64,000 nucleotides of DNA from Blastocystis sp. Blastoise (Eukaryota; Protista; Bigyra: Opalinata): NCBI GenBank assembly GCA_039096225.1, contig JBBPEB010000027.1:186001-250000 (forward strand). The letters are read 5' to 3'. Below the pieces are notes generated by a model. The model did no database searches. It was not told the origin of the DNA and saw nothing but the letters and a program-made list of their open reading frames with translations. The translations under genes were made by a program, and so were the position numbers. Each line of letters begins with the position of its first letter. The stretch's first letter is position 1. Shown here piece after piece: positions 44,309-63,854 of this stretch.

Positions 44309-45546
44309 TTAGTTCTTCTTGACACCATAGAAGGCAGCCTTTTCGACGGAGGTTTGGAAACGACCGTGACCGAATTTGGAGGAGGTATCGATGAAAGAAA
44401 GAGTGATCTTTTCAAGGTGAGCTCTCTTAGTATGAGGAATAAGAGATTTACGAAGAGTAATGACTCGCTTCTTAGTACCAGGACAACAACCCTTGATCAT
44501 GACGAAATCGTTCTTGACAACACCATAATGAGGGAAACCACCCATGGGAGTAATAGCCTTTTCGGTTAAATCAGATTCAGTGGAAGCACTAGTCTTATCA
44601 GAACCATTAGCAATACGATAAATCTTCTTGTTAATTTCAGTTCTATGGAAATAACCATATTGACCAGTACGAGCAACAGATCTGTTAACACGGCTAGGAT
44701 GCCAAGGTCCAATACAAGCGACCTTACGAAGACCTCTATGAGTCTTACGAGGAAGTCTCTTAGTACCAAATCTCTTAGTGACACCAGTAGTACCATGACC
44801 CTTAGTAACAGCAATAACATCGATCATTTCATCTTGTTCAAAGATTTCAGAAACCTTAACTTCCTTTTCAAGAAGATCCTTAGCATAGTTAACCTTAGCT
44901 TCAATAGAACCACCATTAACTTGGATTTCCATAATATGAGCCTTCTTTTGACGAAGAGAAAGCTTACTAAGTTGAGTATGAGCAATAACACGAATGACAG
45001 AACAATAATGAATCATTCTATCAAGCTTAGCAGCCATACTTTGCTTACCTTCTTCAGTAGCTAAAGCCTTAGCATACTTAGTGAAAGCCTTCTGCTTAGA
45101 AGCACACCAATTCTTATAGAATCTACGCTTGACTTCATTGGAAAGATGTTCAGCCCAAACAGTAGAAAGAGTACGGAGACCACGAGGAGTTTCAATGTAA
45201 CCAACAATACCGACAACGACCATAGGAGGACATTCGACGACAGTGACGGCTTCAACAACTTCTTGCTTGTGACTCTTACAACCAGCACGATCAACAGTAC
45301 GGAGAATGTGGGTCATACCAGCCTTGTAACCCATAAAGGCAGTAAGATGAGGTTGAGCTTCGATGTTATCCTTAGGGAAACTTCTAACGTGACCACGGTG
45401 GTGAGCACATCGCTTACGAGGAGCGAAACCAAGATTACCGTGACGGGGCTTTATAGAATAGCAAAGATTAATATGAAAGTCAAAGAGATATAAGCAATAG
45501 GGTACTATATATATAAACACTTACTTTCGAACTTACGATGAGACAT
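44309..45546 (-). CDS. RPL3: 60S ribosomal protein L3 (uL3)
   Basis: [44 protein letters not shown]. The single intron 45451-45524 keeps frame only as GT-AA. Confidence 0.98.
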
Positions 45547-45897
45547 TGTTCAAGGAAAAATATTAATTTATGATAAAAACAAGGGCTTATTTTTGATGAA
45601 TTGGAACGATGAAAAAAGTTGATGGAAAAACATTTTTTTGAGTTCTGAACCCGACGTGACAGTTTTGTATTGAAAAACATATATATATTTTTTGACAGAA
45701 TCTCGCACCAATTCGGTTCTGAGTATTATAAATCATTTTATTGGATGAACCAGAGTTTCCATCAATTTGATCGATTGTATTTCGATTCATGGAAATACAA
45801 GAAAGTCAGCTTTAAAACAAGAAATAATCACAATAAAGTGTCAAAAGAACTTATTGTCCTTATATAAACTTGATTTAGATATATTTACAATAGAATC

Positions 45898-47301
45898 ATG
45901 TTATCCTTACTTCATCCTATTCAATGTTTAAAAAATCCAATGCTTGTCCGTTCTTTCACAAGATTCGTGAAGAAGGATGATTGCAGAATATTAAAAGATG
46001 AAGTTTACAATCAAACAAAAACGGGTATCGATTAATTTCTCCTTTTTTTTTTGTTATTTATCTAGAAATATATATTTGATGATTCATATATTTATTTTAT
46101 TTTTATATTTTATAATATGATTGTATGAAAATGAATCTTAAATATTTTTTGTTATGAAATTGTTCTCTATAGGTATAAAATATCTTGATATGGTTGTTGG
46201 TGAAGGTGCTGAGATCCAAAAAGGTATAAATATTTTTTAAATGAATAGTTTTTATACAAATTTTTCTATTTCTTTTTCTATTCTATATGTATATATATAT
46301 AGGAGATATTGTTCACATGCATCATAAAGGAAGATTCTTAAGAACAGGAAAACCTATGTCTTTCTCTTCATATGATATAGGAGCTCCTCTTTCTTTTAAA
46401 GTAGGAGAAGGGTATTTATATAGTGTTTATTTATGTATATATACTCTATTTGTTATCCAAGTAATATATATTATTGTTACTTTTGTTATTATTATTATTA
46501 TTAGCTTTATTATTAGCTTTATTTATACTATTATATTATATATATAGTTGGGTGATTCCTGCTTGGGATGAAACAGTCCTGGGAATGAAAACTGGAGGGA
46601 AACGAAAAGTAATAGCAACACCCGATGTAGCGTATATAGGATCATTATATAGGTTATCATATTTATTATAGGTTTATATGTTTATTATATGTTTATTATT
46701 ATGTTTATTATTATGTTTATTATAGGTTTATTATTATGTTTATTATGTGTTTATTATAGGTTTATTATATTTATTATATGTGTTTATTATATGTTTATTA
46801 TATGTTTATTATTATGTTTATTATATGTTTATTATATGTTTATTATTATGTTTATTATATGTTTATTATTATGTTTATTATTATGTTTATTATATGTTTA
46901 TTATTATGTTTATTATATGTTTATTATATTTATTATATGTGTTATTATTTTTTTATTATTAAATTTATTATTAATTATATTCTTATGTATATTATTATCA
47001 TTTACAATTGATTATTTGTAATAAGTTTTTATTGTATTATAATCTTATTATATATATAGATATGGTGAAAAAGGTGCTAATGATATTCCTCCTAACTCTG
47101 TATATACACATATTATTATACTTATTATATTTATTATTATACTTATATATTTATTAATATATTAATTAATATATTTATTATTATTGTATAGACAATAGTA
47201 TATGAGTTAGAAGTTGTTGGAACAGGTAACTGATTCTTTATATATACATAAATATATATATATATATAGGAATGGATGGAATGAAGGGAAGTAACTTTTA
47301 A
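45898..47301 (+). CDS. FKBP-type peptidyl-prolyl isomerase with a probable mitochondrial presequence
   Basis: GIKYLDMVVGEG, VIPAWDE..LGMKTGGKRK..PDVAYGEKG..IPPNSTIVYELE. N-terminus MLSLLHP...LVRSFTR. Confidence 0.9.
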
Positions 47302-48020
47302 CAACTATATTTCAAATAATATAATTATCGATATATTTATACCTTTATACTATAATTTTAATCATCATTTTCATCATTTTCTTTTCTTTTATGTGCTTTT
47401 ATTATTAATAATTTTGTTTCTATATATATATAAAGGATGCTGTTTGTTTTTTTTTTATTAATAAAAACAACTAGTTTTTTATTATAAATATTTTGGAATA
47501 TACTACACATAAATTATGATGACTACATATATTTTTATGTTGACAATCCTATTATCCTAAATCTATAATCATATGCTTTTCCTGACATAATATTTTTCAA
47601 AAATATATAAATTTATTATTTATATATAGCTTTCAGATACTTTGATATAAACACAAGTAATTCTGAACTCATTCATAACTAATAGAACTACAACATTATA
47701 ACATATATCTAACATTAAAGCTTCATAGAGAACAAATCCATAATCAAGTATCCAGAATGAGATTGATTAATAAATATACCATTATATAAATAATAATGAA
47801 ATGACGAAACGTTATACTTTGAGTTAGACATAAAAATATATGAACAAGTAGAATGAGATATACACACATTAGTAGATTTAGTAATCCAGAATATGTATGA
47901 CTCAATATAAATCAAATGTATGTAAATTTGATTTTTTTCTATTATTATAAGAACTTGAAATACTTAAAATAATGTAAAAAGAAAAAAGAAATAAAAAATA
48001 GAAATATATTTATTTTTTCA

Positions 48021-48765
48021 ATGAAGGCAGTAATCCGTATAAAAAGACATATAGGTGATGAACCTGAGGATGAGATCTTGTTAAATGCTCAGCAGAGACG
48101 AAAGGTATCGTTAAGAAATGCCATTCGACAATTGAATGAGATGTCAATTAATCCCAATGGTCAGCAACGTATGGAGAAGACAAAGTATACATTAATTATT
48201 CATTATCTATTATATATGTAGATTTGTTTTTAAGAGAATTGATACATCTTCATACTCATCAATTGATCAATGGAGACAAAGTCGTTTTGGAACTGTTGAA
48301 TTAGATCGAATTAATACAGATTTTAATACAATTAAACAATTACCATTAAAACCTGTTACTGTAGATGATATGAATCAACTAAAGCCTACAAAAGAACCCT
48401 ATATTTATAATAAGTATATATTTTAAATATGATAAAAATTATAGCATATATTGTATCAACATAGGAATCAACCTACAGAAAGTGTTGTCACAATTAACAA
48501 TAAGTGTGGTATTCGTTCCTATACAAAAATACTTACACCTCTTGAAGTATACTTTTATTTTAATATTTATATTATGTATTTATGTTATTGTATTGTTTAT
48601 TTGTATTGTTTTGTTTGTTTATATTATTATTATATATGAATTTTTTTTAATTATTTAATTATTATTATTATTCTTATTATTATTATTCTATTTATGATTA
48701 TTAATATTATATATAGGAGAGAATGGATGAGAGTATTTGGCGATGTTTTCAACATAATGAAAGTG

Positions 48766-48800
<35 letters not shown>

Positions 48801-50719
48801 ATTATTATGATATACATATATATTATTATACTTATATAATAATTAATATTATAATACCAAATGTTTGATCATATAGATATTATCATTACTATATATATAG
48901 ATATATATATAAACATTGCTTATGGTGCAGACGTTAATTTTGCAAGACCTTGTGATAGTATATATATATATATTAATTTTCATATTTTATTTGTTTAGTA
49001 ATTATATGATTGATTTCATTATAAATAGTTCTTTTCCTCATCATAAATATATGTATATATATATAAATATATATAGAGACAACATCTCTGATGGCTCTTT
49101 GTTATAACCTCGATTTCTCAAGTATATTATGTATACTAGACATGGGAGCATCCTTACTGGTATATATATACTATTATTAATATGTTATTAATATATACAC
49201 ATATATCTATTACAATATATAAACATGCACTTTTCATTAATCTCTTCAAATCACATTATACTTTATATATATAGTTAAGAGATATTCATGGTTATTCTGC
49301 TATTGATATATATGAGTCCCGCGGGAGATCTGAGGGTTATTTAGAGGACCCTGTGTATATATCTTGTTTATCAATATTAAAGAAGCGTGAGAAAGAAGAG
49401 ATTGAGGAGAAAGAAGAAGAAGAAGAGAATGAGAAAGATATTATAGAAGATGAATATATGGATAGCAAACCTCTTGTTTCTTCTACTTCCTATACTATGA
49501 CTAACGGTATATATAATATAAATGAGAAACCAAAAGAAAGAAATATGAATGATTCTGATGATAACTATGTATATGATATATATATACTTGTAGAAGGAAC
49601 ACCAACTGCTACGAAGGAAGTATATAAATATAAATATTAGTAATAGTATTGTCTTTTCACATCTATGTTTATTTCTAGTATTCTCTATTCATCATTATAT
49701 TTATAGTCATATTTATATTTATATAATATTATAAATATTATTAAATGAATAATAAATATTATTATGTTACTCTCTATATTATTTGTTATTATATCTATTA
49801 GATTAACCTTGAAGATATATATAATAATAATAATGAGTTTCAAATGTGGACATCATCAGAATTCACTTTTGGGGAGTAAATAAATAACACTCATATATAT
49901 ATATTTATTCATATTATTCTATATATATTACTATTATTCTATATATATTATTCATATTATTCTATATATATTACTATTATTCTATATATATTATTCATAT
50001 TATTCTATATTTATTACTATTATTCTATATATATATTATTCATATTATTCTATATATAGTGATGATAAGGAAAGAGATGATGATGAAGAGATTAGTAGTA
50101 ACGATGAAGATTATGAGGGTAATGATTATCCTGAAGAAGAAGAAGAAGAAGAAGAAGAAGAAGATAATGATAATGAATATAATCATAATCATATTATAAA
50201 TAAGAATAATAGTTCTCTAAATGATCCTTATAATGACTATATAAATGATTCTGATTCCTCGAATCGATATATACAGAATAGTTCTTTATATAATAACTTT
50301 GATTTCGACACATGGTCTACTAATACATTTGATACTACTCACAATCCTAAACAGTATATACAACAACACTATCAAGATGATGATGATGATTATAATAATA
50401 ATGATGATAATAATTCTATACATTCTTATGATGATCCTAATGATTATTCTATTACTCATTCTATCTCTAATAACACTAAAGACAATCTATATGATGAACA
50501 AGATCCTATGGATAATAACATATATGATTATACAAATGACTTCTCAAGTGATGATGATGAACAAAATATAGATGAGTATATATATATATATAAATAATAT
50601 AATAATATATATTCATTGTATATCCTTTTGCCATTAAAACAATCATTCTATATATATATACATCATTTTTTTTCTATTCTATATTTTATAATATTTATTT
50701 ACATAGAGATGATTGGTGA
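48021..50719 (+). CDS. IWR1: IWR1/SLC7A6OS-like RNA polymerase II import factor with internal ankyrin repeats
   Basis: N-terminal IRIKRHIGDEP, Iwr1 motifs NYVYDIY and SSNDEDYEGNDYPEEE, ankyrin GADVNF..TSLMA..GASLLLRDIHGYSAI. Ends TGG TGA. Confidence 0.7.
49905..50057. repeat. Intronic 21-26 bp degenerate tandem repeat
   Basis: Alternating catattattctatatatatta / ctattattctatatatatta units. Confidence 0.75.
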
Positions 50720-51280
50720 ACACATACTATCCGAATAAAATAGTCATACATACATAATGTTTTCATTTCTTGTTAGCGTTTATTATTATTTTTATCAAAT
50801 AGTACATCCAATCTACATCATAACAAACAAACTCATACTATGCATGCTGACTTCAATCTACATTATTTTTTTAACAAAAGAAAAACTGATTTTATAAAAG
50901 AATTATAGATATGGCGATTCTGGAAACATGAATCTTTTTTAAACAACCAAACGTTTTGATATTTCAAAAGAAAACTATATCATCTTAATCATTTTCCTTT
51001 TATTCTAAAACATTTTTCAATTCATACATAAAAACTTCAGTAGAATCAGAACATATAGTGTGTCGAACTAAAAACTAAAATTTTAGAAAAATTCATTAAT
51101 AAAGGTGAATGCAAAACTATTAAAGAAATGAAACTTGATTAAATAATTTCACGGGTATTTTTGGAAACTCACTGTCTTCACTGACGGAAATACTAGAAAA
51201 AAAAACTGTTTTTTAAGAATTTTTTCTTTTTAAAGAAAAATTATTTTTTATTTCACATTCCTTTTCTTATTTGAGGATTT

Positions 51281-52021
51281 ATGCATTTCTTTATAAATTA
51301 CAAAGGTCGATGCTATCCAATCAAGTTTTCTTTCGAACCTGAAGATAAAGCTGAAGCCATTTCAATTATTATCAAGAAATTATTTCCTGAAGTCAATGAA
51401 CAATATGAACTTCAATACAATTGTACTGCTATTGATCAAACCAAAAAAATAAGCGAATTGTCGTTAGAAGATGGATCTACTATTTGTATTGTTCCTATCA
51501 CAAAGAAGCTTCATATCAAATCAAGAGTTACAAATGACGTCAATGTCTATAACAGACTTGATGTAGATTATGATCCTAATGACACTGTTTCTCTTCTTAT
51601 TGCTAAATATTCTGACTTTTTTAGCAATCAACTGTATTGTGTATCCTATTTAGGAAACGAAATAGACGATAATAAAACGTTTCAAAGTTTAGGTATTCTT
51701 GCAGATAGTACACTCTACTTTACAACACTTCTCTCCACTACTTCAACCGTAACATTTGTCTTCACTGAAGAAGCACCATTAATTCAACCTATTGATTTAA
51801 GTATCAGTGTCCTGAAAGCTAAACAAATTATTCAAAATGACCTTTTGCAAAGATCAAAAAAACTTATATCCTATGCAAAAATGAATTTATATAGAAATGC
51901 TGTACAGCTAAATGAAGAGTTGAGTTTATTTGAAAATGGAGTTTCTTGTAATACTGTTATCACGGTTCAAATTAATGGTGAAGACATTCATCAAACAAAA
52001 GAAACAATAGGTAAACAATAA
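51281..52021 (+). CDS. Intronless protein with about three tandem ubiquitin-like domains
   Basis: Three segments of about 75 aa with UBL hallmarks (DQTKKISELSLEDGSTICI, DDNKTFQSLGILADSTLYF, NEELSLFENGVSCNTVITV). No C-terminal di-Gly. Confidence 0.65.
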   Translation: MHFFINYKGRCYPIKFSFEPEDKAEAISIIIKKLFPEVNEQYELQYNCTAIDQTKKISELSLEDGSTICIVPITKKLHIKSRVTNDVNVYNRLDVDYDPNDTVSLLIAKYSDFFSNQLYCVSYLGNEIDDNKTFQSLGILADSTLYFTTLLSTTSTVTFVFTEEAPLIQPIDLSISVLKAKQIIQNDLLQRSKKLISYAKMNLYRNAVQLNEELSLFENGVSCNTVITVQINGEDIHQTKETIGKQ

Positions 52022-52556
52022 AGGACTATACTTTATTTTTAAATCTATTTATGTTGTATATTATATGTTTTTCTTCATAAGATTTCGCGTTTTATAATTA
52101 TTTACTTATTATATAATTATTTTTAATATTCATTAAGTGTATTATTTTCATTCTCTAACTTATTATAAAGATTCATTTGTCTTTTTTTTTAATTTTTTTT
52201 GTTGTCAAGTATATTAAATTCTTTATAGACTAAGCTATAATTATATATATGTTTTGTTTATAATATTCACTATGAAACTTTGTTTAAGATTATTATAAAA
52301 TAGAAAACAAGAAATCAGAAAAATATAATAGAAATATAACGAATTCGAAGAATGTTTTTCATATTCTTTCGAATTCTGATTGAAAAGAGAAAGAGAATGT
52401 GTTTCGATAAGTCGATTTGCTGACTCCATTCATCAGAACTTTTCAAAGAATAACAGTTTATTTGTTTTACTTCTATAATTTAAGTTATTCATTGCTATTT
52501 TTTAAAGTTTATTTAAATATTTAGTAGGAAAACACTGTTTAGAGTCAGAAAGAGCA

Positions 52557-57664
<5,108 letters not shown>

Positions 57665-59352
57665 ATAAATATAATTATATATATCATGAAAAAAAAAATA
57701 GTCAAGATAATTTATATTCAAAAAGAAATCATATGATTTTTATATTCAATTTTTTATTCACATCTATTTGTTTATTTAATTTTCGTCTTTAAACCTTGTA
57801 TATATTATATATATATAATACTTTTTATACTCATATTTTATTCTATTGGTAGTTTTAGCTTCTTTTTTTCCCATTCACTATATATGATGGTATTCATGCC
57901 ATATATATATATTTATATATATATTTCTACTTTTCCTGTTTTTCCTATTTTTAATATAATTATTAGAAAAATATGAACTTTATTTTTTCATTTACATTAC
58001 TGTTTTACTTTTTTTTTTCTTTCTCTATAATCCTATGTATTTGTTATTTTATTATTCTCCTCTATTACATTATTTTCTGAATATATCAATTTATTCTCAT
58101 ATATATCAATTTTTTATCTTCATGTACTAGTAGAATGTATTTCATTACTTTACCATTTTGTTTGGCTTAATACAATTCATATGCAGATAGTTTCTTTACT
58201 ACCCAGTAGTAAATAGTATTCACATTAACAAAATGAAGAAAAAGCTATTATTAAACGGCTGAAGTCTAATTAAACTAATTAAGATCGGATAGCGCATTTA
58301 TCATGAATCCAAATATACTCTATCTAAATACGCAACAATACATTTCTAGCACATTATCATTAAATAGAAATTTCTAGCTTTTCTTTCAAGAGTTCTAAAT
58401 TTTTATATCGCTTTATCTCATTGTGTTTCAATCATACGCATATTTTCATGAGCCATAAAACCAAAAAAAAAGTTGTAAATCTTCTATTTTATAGCATATA
58501 ATATTCTGATTATAATAAAACTACAATTAAGTCTATTTAGCCATCTAAAAGCAATACATATAATAGTCTTAAAGTGATATCGAAAATGAACAAGAATAGA
58601 ATTAAAAAATGACAATGATGATTTAATTGTGGTTATTTTCAATAATGTATCAACGAAACACAAACGTATAATTCTTTAAAAACATCCTTTTCGTTTAATT
58701 TTACATGACTTTTTATGCTATTAGACGAATATTATACACATCTTCTTGATGATAAATATATATTCATTTACGTCCTAAAACAATTCGCAGGAATTGAAAG
58801 ATAATTCTGGAGTATTTTTTAATATAATACTTTATAATTGATCAATACCATGATTGATTATCAAAATATATATATATTTCAAATCTTTATTCTCGTAATA
58901 GCTGAGAAATAGCAAAAGAAATTCTTTACATTTACCATGAACAAGTGTCTATAAAAATACAATTCGCAATTTCTCCCATGATTTTACTAATTTTTTGGCT
59001 CAATTTTTCTTTTCTATAAGTTGATTGGTTCTCATTCCAACCAACTTTTCTTAAATACTATTGGATATTTGACCAGGAATTACTCCATAATGATTTCGTT
59101 GAATTTATTGTTGTTCCACATTTTTTACAAAATAAGTGGTTTCGATTATGTCGTGAATAGTTATGAAATGTGTAATAAAACCGTGTTTAAAAAATATTCA
59201 TACCTATAATTTTATTTATTTCTAAAGAGAAGAATGGAATGAAATCTTTTTTTAGATTCTAACGTGATTTCAGGAGCAAAATGAAATTCCACACCTTCTT
59301 TTGTGTATTTTTTTTTATTCATTTTTTGTTTGTCTTTCGTTATTTCTTCAAA

Positions 59353-60769
59353 ATGGAAGCTCCTCTCGTTAATAAAAAGAAGATGTACTTCACTAATGTT
59401 GTTATTATGACATTCTGCTTCTTTGGTATTTTCTTTGCCTTCAACACATCTCAAGCCATGCAAACTTCCTTAGGTGGTATTCAAGGATATATTAATTTAG
59501 GTTGTCTTTATGGTGTTTTCTGTGTTTTCTCTCTTTTTGGACCTAAAGTTGTCGATATGTGGGGTCCTAAGTATGTGCTTATATTTCTTATTTCATGTTT
59601 TATATTGTTTTAAAATCTATTTTCTTTTTTTGTTTATACAATTATTTGTTTAATAATTATTTTTTTTTTATAGAGTTTCTATGCTCCTTGGTGGTGCCTC
59701 TTATGTTTTAGTTGTATTCAGTAACCTTTGGGCTATTAGTTATGTTCAAATCATTGCTAACCTTATTGTTGGTCTTGGTGCTGCTCTTCTTTGGAATGCT
59801 GAAGGTGTTTACCTTGCTAGATGTGCTCTTCATGATTGTTCTTACAACGGTAAGACTTTTGGTGATACTACTTCTGAATATAATGGTTTCTTCTTCTCTA
59901 TCTTCCAATTCACTGGTTGTGCTGGTACTTTGATTTCTGCTATTATCGTCAAATACTTAGATAAGATGTGGTTATTTATTATTCTTGGTTCTATTGGTGC
60001 TATTAGTGTTGCTATGTTAGTCTTCCTTCCTAAGGTTGGTGCTCAATTCTTCTCTATGGTCAAGATTAATCCTGAAACTATTCCTAAACAACAAGTTTCT
60101 GTTATTGAAACTTTACGTTTATTAGTTAATGATAAGAAAGTTTTATTATCTGTTCCTATTATCTTCTATAATGGTATGTCCCTTGCTTATATCTTTGGTG
60201 ATATTTCCAGTAATGTTTCTATGACTTCTTTTGGTAGTGATTGGTCTCTTTATATTACTGCTGCTTTCTATGCTGCTAATTCTTTAGCTAGTTATGTCTT
60301 TGGTAAACTTAGTGGATTAAAGAAATTCGGTAGACGTGGTTCTTTTATTACTGCTTTCCTTCTTCAATTAGTTCCTTTTGTTTTCTTCATTTTCTATCAA
60401 ATTAAACCTAATGATGAATCTGTTCTTAATAAAGTTCTTGTTATTATAGCTGTTGTTCTTATTTCCTTTGGTGATGCTGTTTGGGAATCTCAACCTCCTG
60501 CTGTTCTTCAATCTTTCTATCATGCTGATAAAGATAGAAATGCTGCTATGGCTAACTATAAGATGTGGCAATCTCTTGGTTTCTGTATTCAATTCGTTAT
60601 TGGTGCTTGTTTAAGTAGTTATACTTATTTCTGGATTAAGACTATAGTTATTGTTGTTGGTCTTATTCTTGGATATGCTGCTTATATCTATCTTGATTTA
60701 CGTGTATCTCCTATCGATTCTACTATCGAAAAGATTGAATCTGAAACTGAAGTTCCTTATGAAGCTTAA
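59353..60769 (+). CDS. UNC-93-like MFS membrane protein
   Basis: FFGIFFAFNTSQAMQTSL, GLGAALLWNAEGVYL, AAMANYKMWQSLGF. About 12 hydrophobic helices and one intron. Confidence 0.9.
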
Positions 60770-61091
60770 ATATTTTTTATTATTTTATTAATCACTATGC
60801 TTATGCTCTCTTCTATATGTTGGATTCATTTTTCCAGAAAAAAAATGGTATTATTTCTTTTGACCTATAAAATCTAATTTCATACTTTTATAAAAATATT
60901 TTTTGTTTCTATTTTTTTTTCAAAATTAAACAACCTATATTCGTAAACAAATATTATTCATTATAAAAATGATATATATATAAACATCAACTAATAAAAA
61001 CTAATGTAAATCTATCTATTGAAAATAACTATAAAGGAAAGCAGTAATAAAAAAAACATTAATAAATGGCAAAATAAAAAGAATTGATTCT

Positions 61092-61264
61092 TTATTCGGC
61101 ATCAAAGAAAGTAGATTGTTGAGCTCTCTCTGCAGCCTTCATACTTTGTTGTTTTAAAACATTAAGATATTGTTCTATTTGTGTCTTAAGAATCGTAACA
61201 GATCTCTTTTCGGTTGAACCTAATTTGAGTCTTTCATCATCTATATATATAGGTTTTATATAAT

Positions 61265-61299
<35 letters not shown>

Positions 61300-61498
61300 T
61301 ATATACGAGGATATTCATCAGAATAATAATATATATTATTCTTTCTAGCGTAGTCACTATTGATTTCAAATAGTTTTACTACATACATAGGTATACCAGA
61401 GTAAGACTTGGTAATAACAGAAGAGACTTCCATAAAAGGTGTAATACGAATAGTGAGAGTGGGATCTTCAAAATTAACGGCTTCAGAAGCATCATGAT

Positions 61499-61563
<65 letters not shown>

Positions 61564-61999
61564 TAATTTCTTCATTACCAATCATAATAAATATATCATC
61601 CCATTTCTTTGAGAAGAAGGCTAATGTATTTGGATTACGAAGTAAAACAGTAGTACAGAAACTATATATATATATATATATATAATAGAATAAAAACTTA
61701 ATGAATATATATATATATATATAGAATATATATATAACAGTTATTATACATGAATCGTTCGGGTAATTGATCATGTCCTGAGATAGTAGAGAGAGTAGGA
61801 ATAGAAAGAGTCTCAGTACCCATCTCCTATATATATATATATACATAATAATAATAAGAAGAATAACATAAATAGAAAAATAAAGTATAATAATAAGAAG
61901 AGTAATAAAAATAATATATATATATAAATATATATCATACAATATTATTTATATATAGCAATAATAATATTATTTATCAAGAAAATAATATCAAGTGTT

Positions 62000-62059
<60 letters not shown>

Positions 62060-62564
62060 TACAGATATTTGAGCATTAGGAAGTTGTTCATCACGATTAC
62101 GACCAAGTAATTCATTTAATAAGACCATACTACCACTATATATATAATATATAATAATAAATATAATAAATATAATAATAAATATAATAAATATAATAAA
62201 TAAAATAATAAATATAATAAGTATAATAAATATAATAAATAAAATAATAAATATAATAAGTATAATAAATATAATAAATAAAATAATAAATATAATAAGT
62301 ATAATAAATATAACAACAATAACTATAATAATAATATACGTCTTAGCATTAATATCTAATGCCTTTTCAACAAGGTTTCTCTTTCTAAAGAGAAGTTTAA
62401 GAAGGGTATTTTGTTCTTCCTGATTAATAAGTTCACTGATATATAATATATCAATACGAGCAATACAAGTATCTTCATCAGGAACATAATTATCAAGTTT
62501 GGATTTAATGACAATGGCTTTTGCAGGGTCAATTCCCATGGGAATAAGACTACGTGTCTTTTCA

Positions 62565-62626
<62 letters not shown>

Positions 62627-63539
62627 TAAGTAGAATATACCCAGAGTATCCATCCAATTGATTTCCGTGGGAGCAGAAGGGACAGGATAAGAAAAATCAG
62701 CAGGGTTCAATAACTATAAGATTATATATATAATATAAATAATATAAATATAAATAATATAAATAAATATAAATAATATAAATAATATAAATAATATAAA
62801 TAATAAATAATATAAATAATAAATAATATAAATAAATAAAATAAATAATATAAATAAATAAATAAAATAAATAAAATAAATAAACATAAATAAAATATAA
62901 ATATATATACATCATCTACATTAGTAGTAGTAGGTTCAGGAGCAGGTGCAAATCCTAATTGTTCTGTTTGAGCATTTGCTTTGAAAATAGAACCAGATTG
63001 TTCTACAGCCTTAGGTTGAAGTTTTGTTTCAGGAGCAAAAAGATCAGAAATAGAATCCATCTAAATGGAAATTATATACAAATAATTATTTTATGTATTG
63101 ATTACATACGGGAGCAAGAGGAACTATATTAGATATATATATGTATATAATATATATAAATATAAAGAAATACTGTCAGTTGTACCAAGATTATTCAATA
63201 AGTTACCAGCTATATACATAATAACGATCATTTATAATAATAATTAATTTAGAAAAATGATATTTACTTTATTTTTAAATGAAAATATATAATATAATAA
63301 TATAATTTCAAATAAATACAATCGAGATTATTCTTCTTAGGAGATTCAGGCTCAATTTGATTAAAGAATGCAGAATCTTCTTTCTTGATTTCCTTGACTT
63401 CAGGTTGTTGTTTACTTCCTTGAAGTTGATCTAAAAAGGAGGCATTCGTTTGAGGAACAGGAGAGTTGTCCGAAAGTACTTCAGGAACCTCTTCATTAGG
63501 TTCTTCTTGACAAAAATCTATATCAGCAGGGCTAGACAT
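61092..63539 (-). CDS. Hypothetical protein: acidic/Pro-rich disordered N-terminus and globular C-terminus
   Basis: About 11 exons join in one frame with GT-AG junctions, including a 14-nt microexon at 63110-63123. No family recognised. Confidence 0.7.
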
Positions 63540-63854
63540 TCTTTACACAAATAAATAATTAAGAATAATTCTCAGATATTTTCTGTTCATGACACTATTT
63601 GAAAGAAAATGAAATGGATAGTCAGTTAGATACAGAGAAGAATCGTGTTTTTTTCCTGTGTTTCACTATAAACATGACATATTTTCATGATTACTAAAAA
63701 AAGTGACTCTTCATACAAAAAAGTGTATATCCTCACGATTATTTTCTATTTATCGAGTCAAAAATGAAAAATATGTAAAACAAAAAATTTATAAAGTCAA
63801 AAAAAGTTAATTTTATTTCTTTCTTTACATCCTTAAAGTTTCGTATCGTTAGAA

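Noticed and set aside
44213-45493. Long + strand ORFs antisense to RPL3 (likewise antisense ORFs over eRF3 and UNC-93)
   Set aside because: Shadow ORFs caused by biased codon usage of the real genes.
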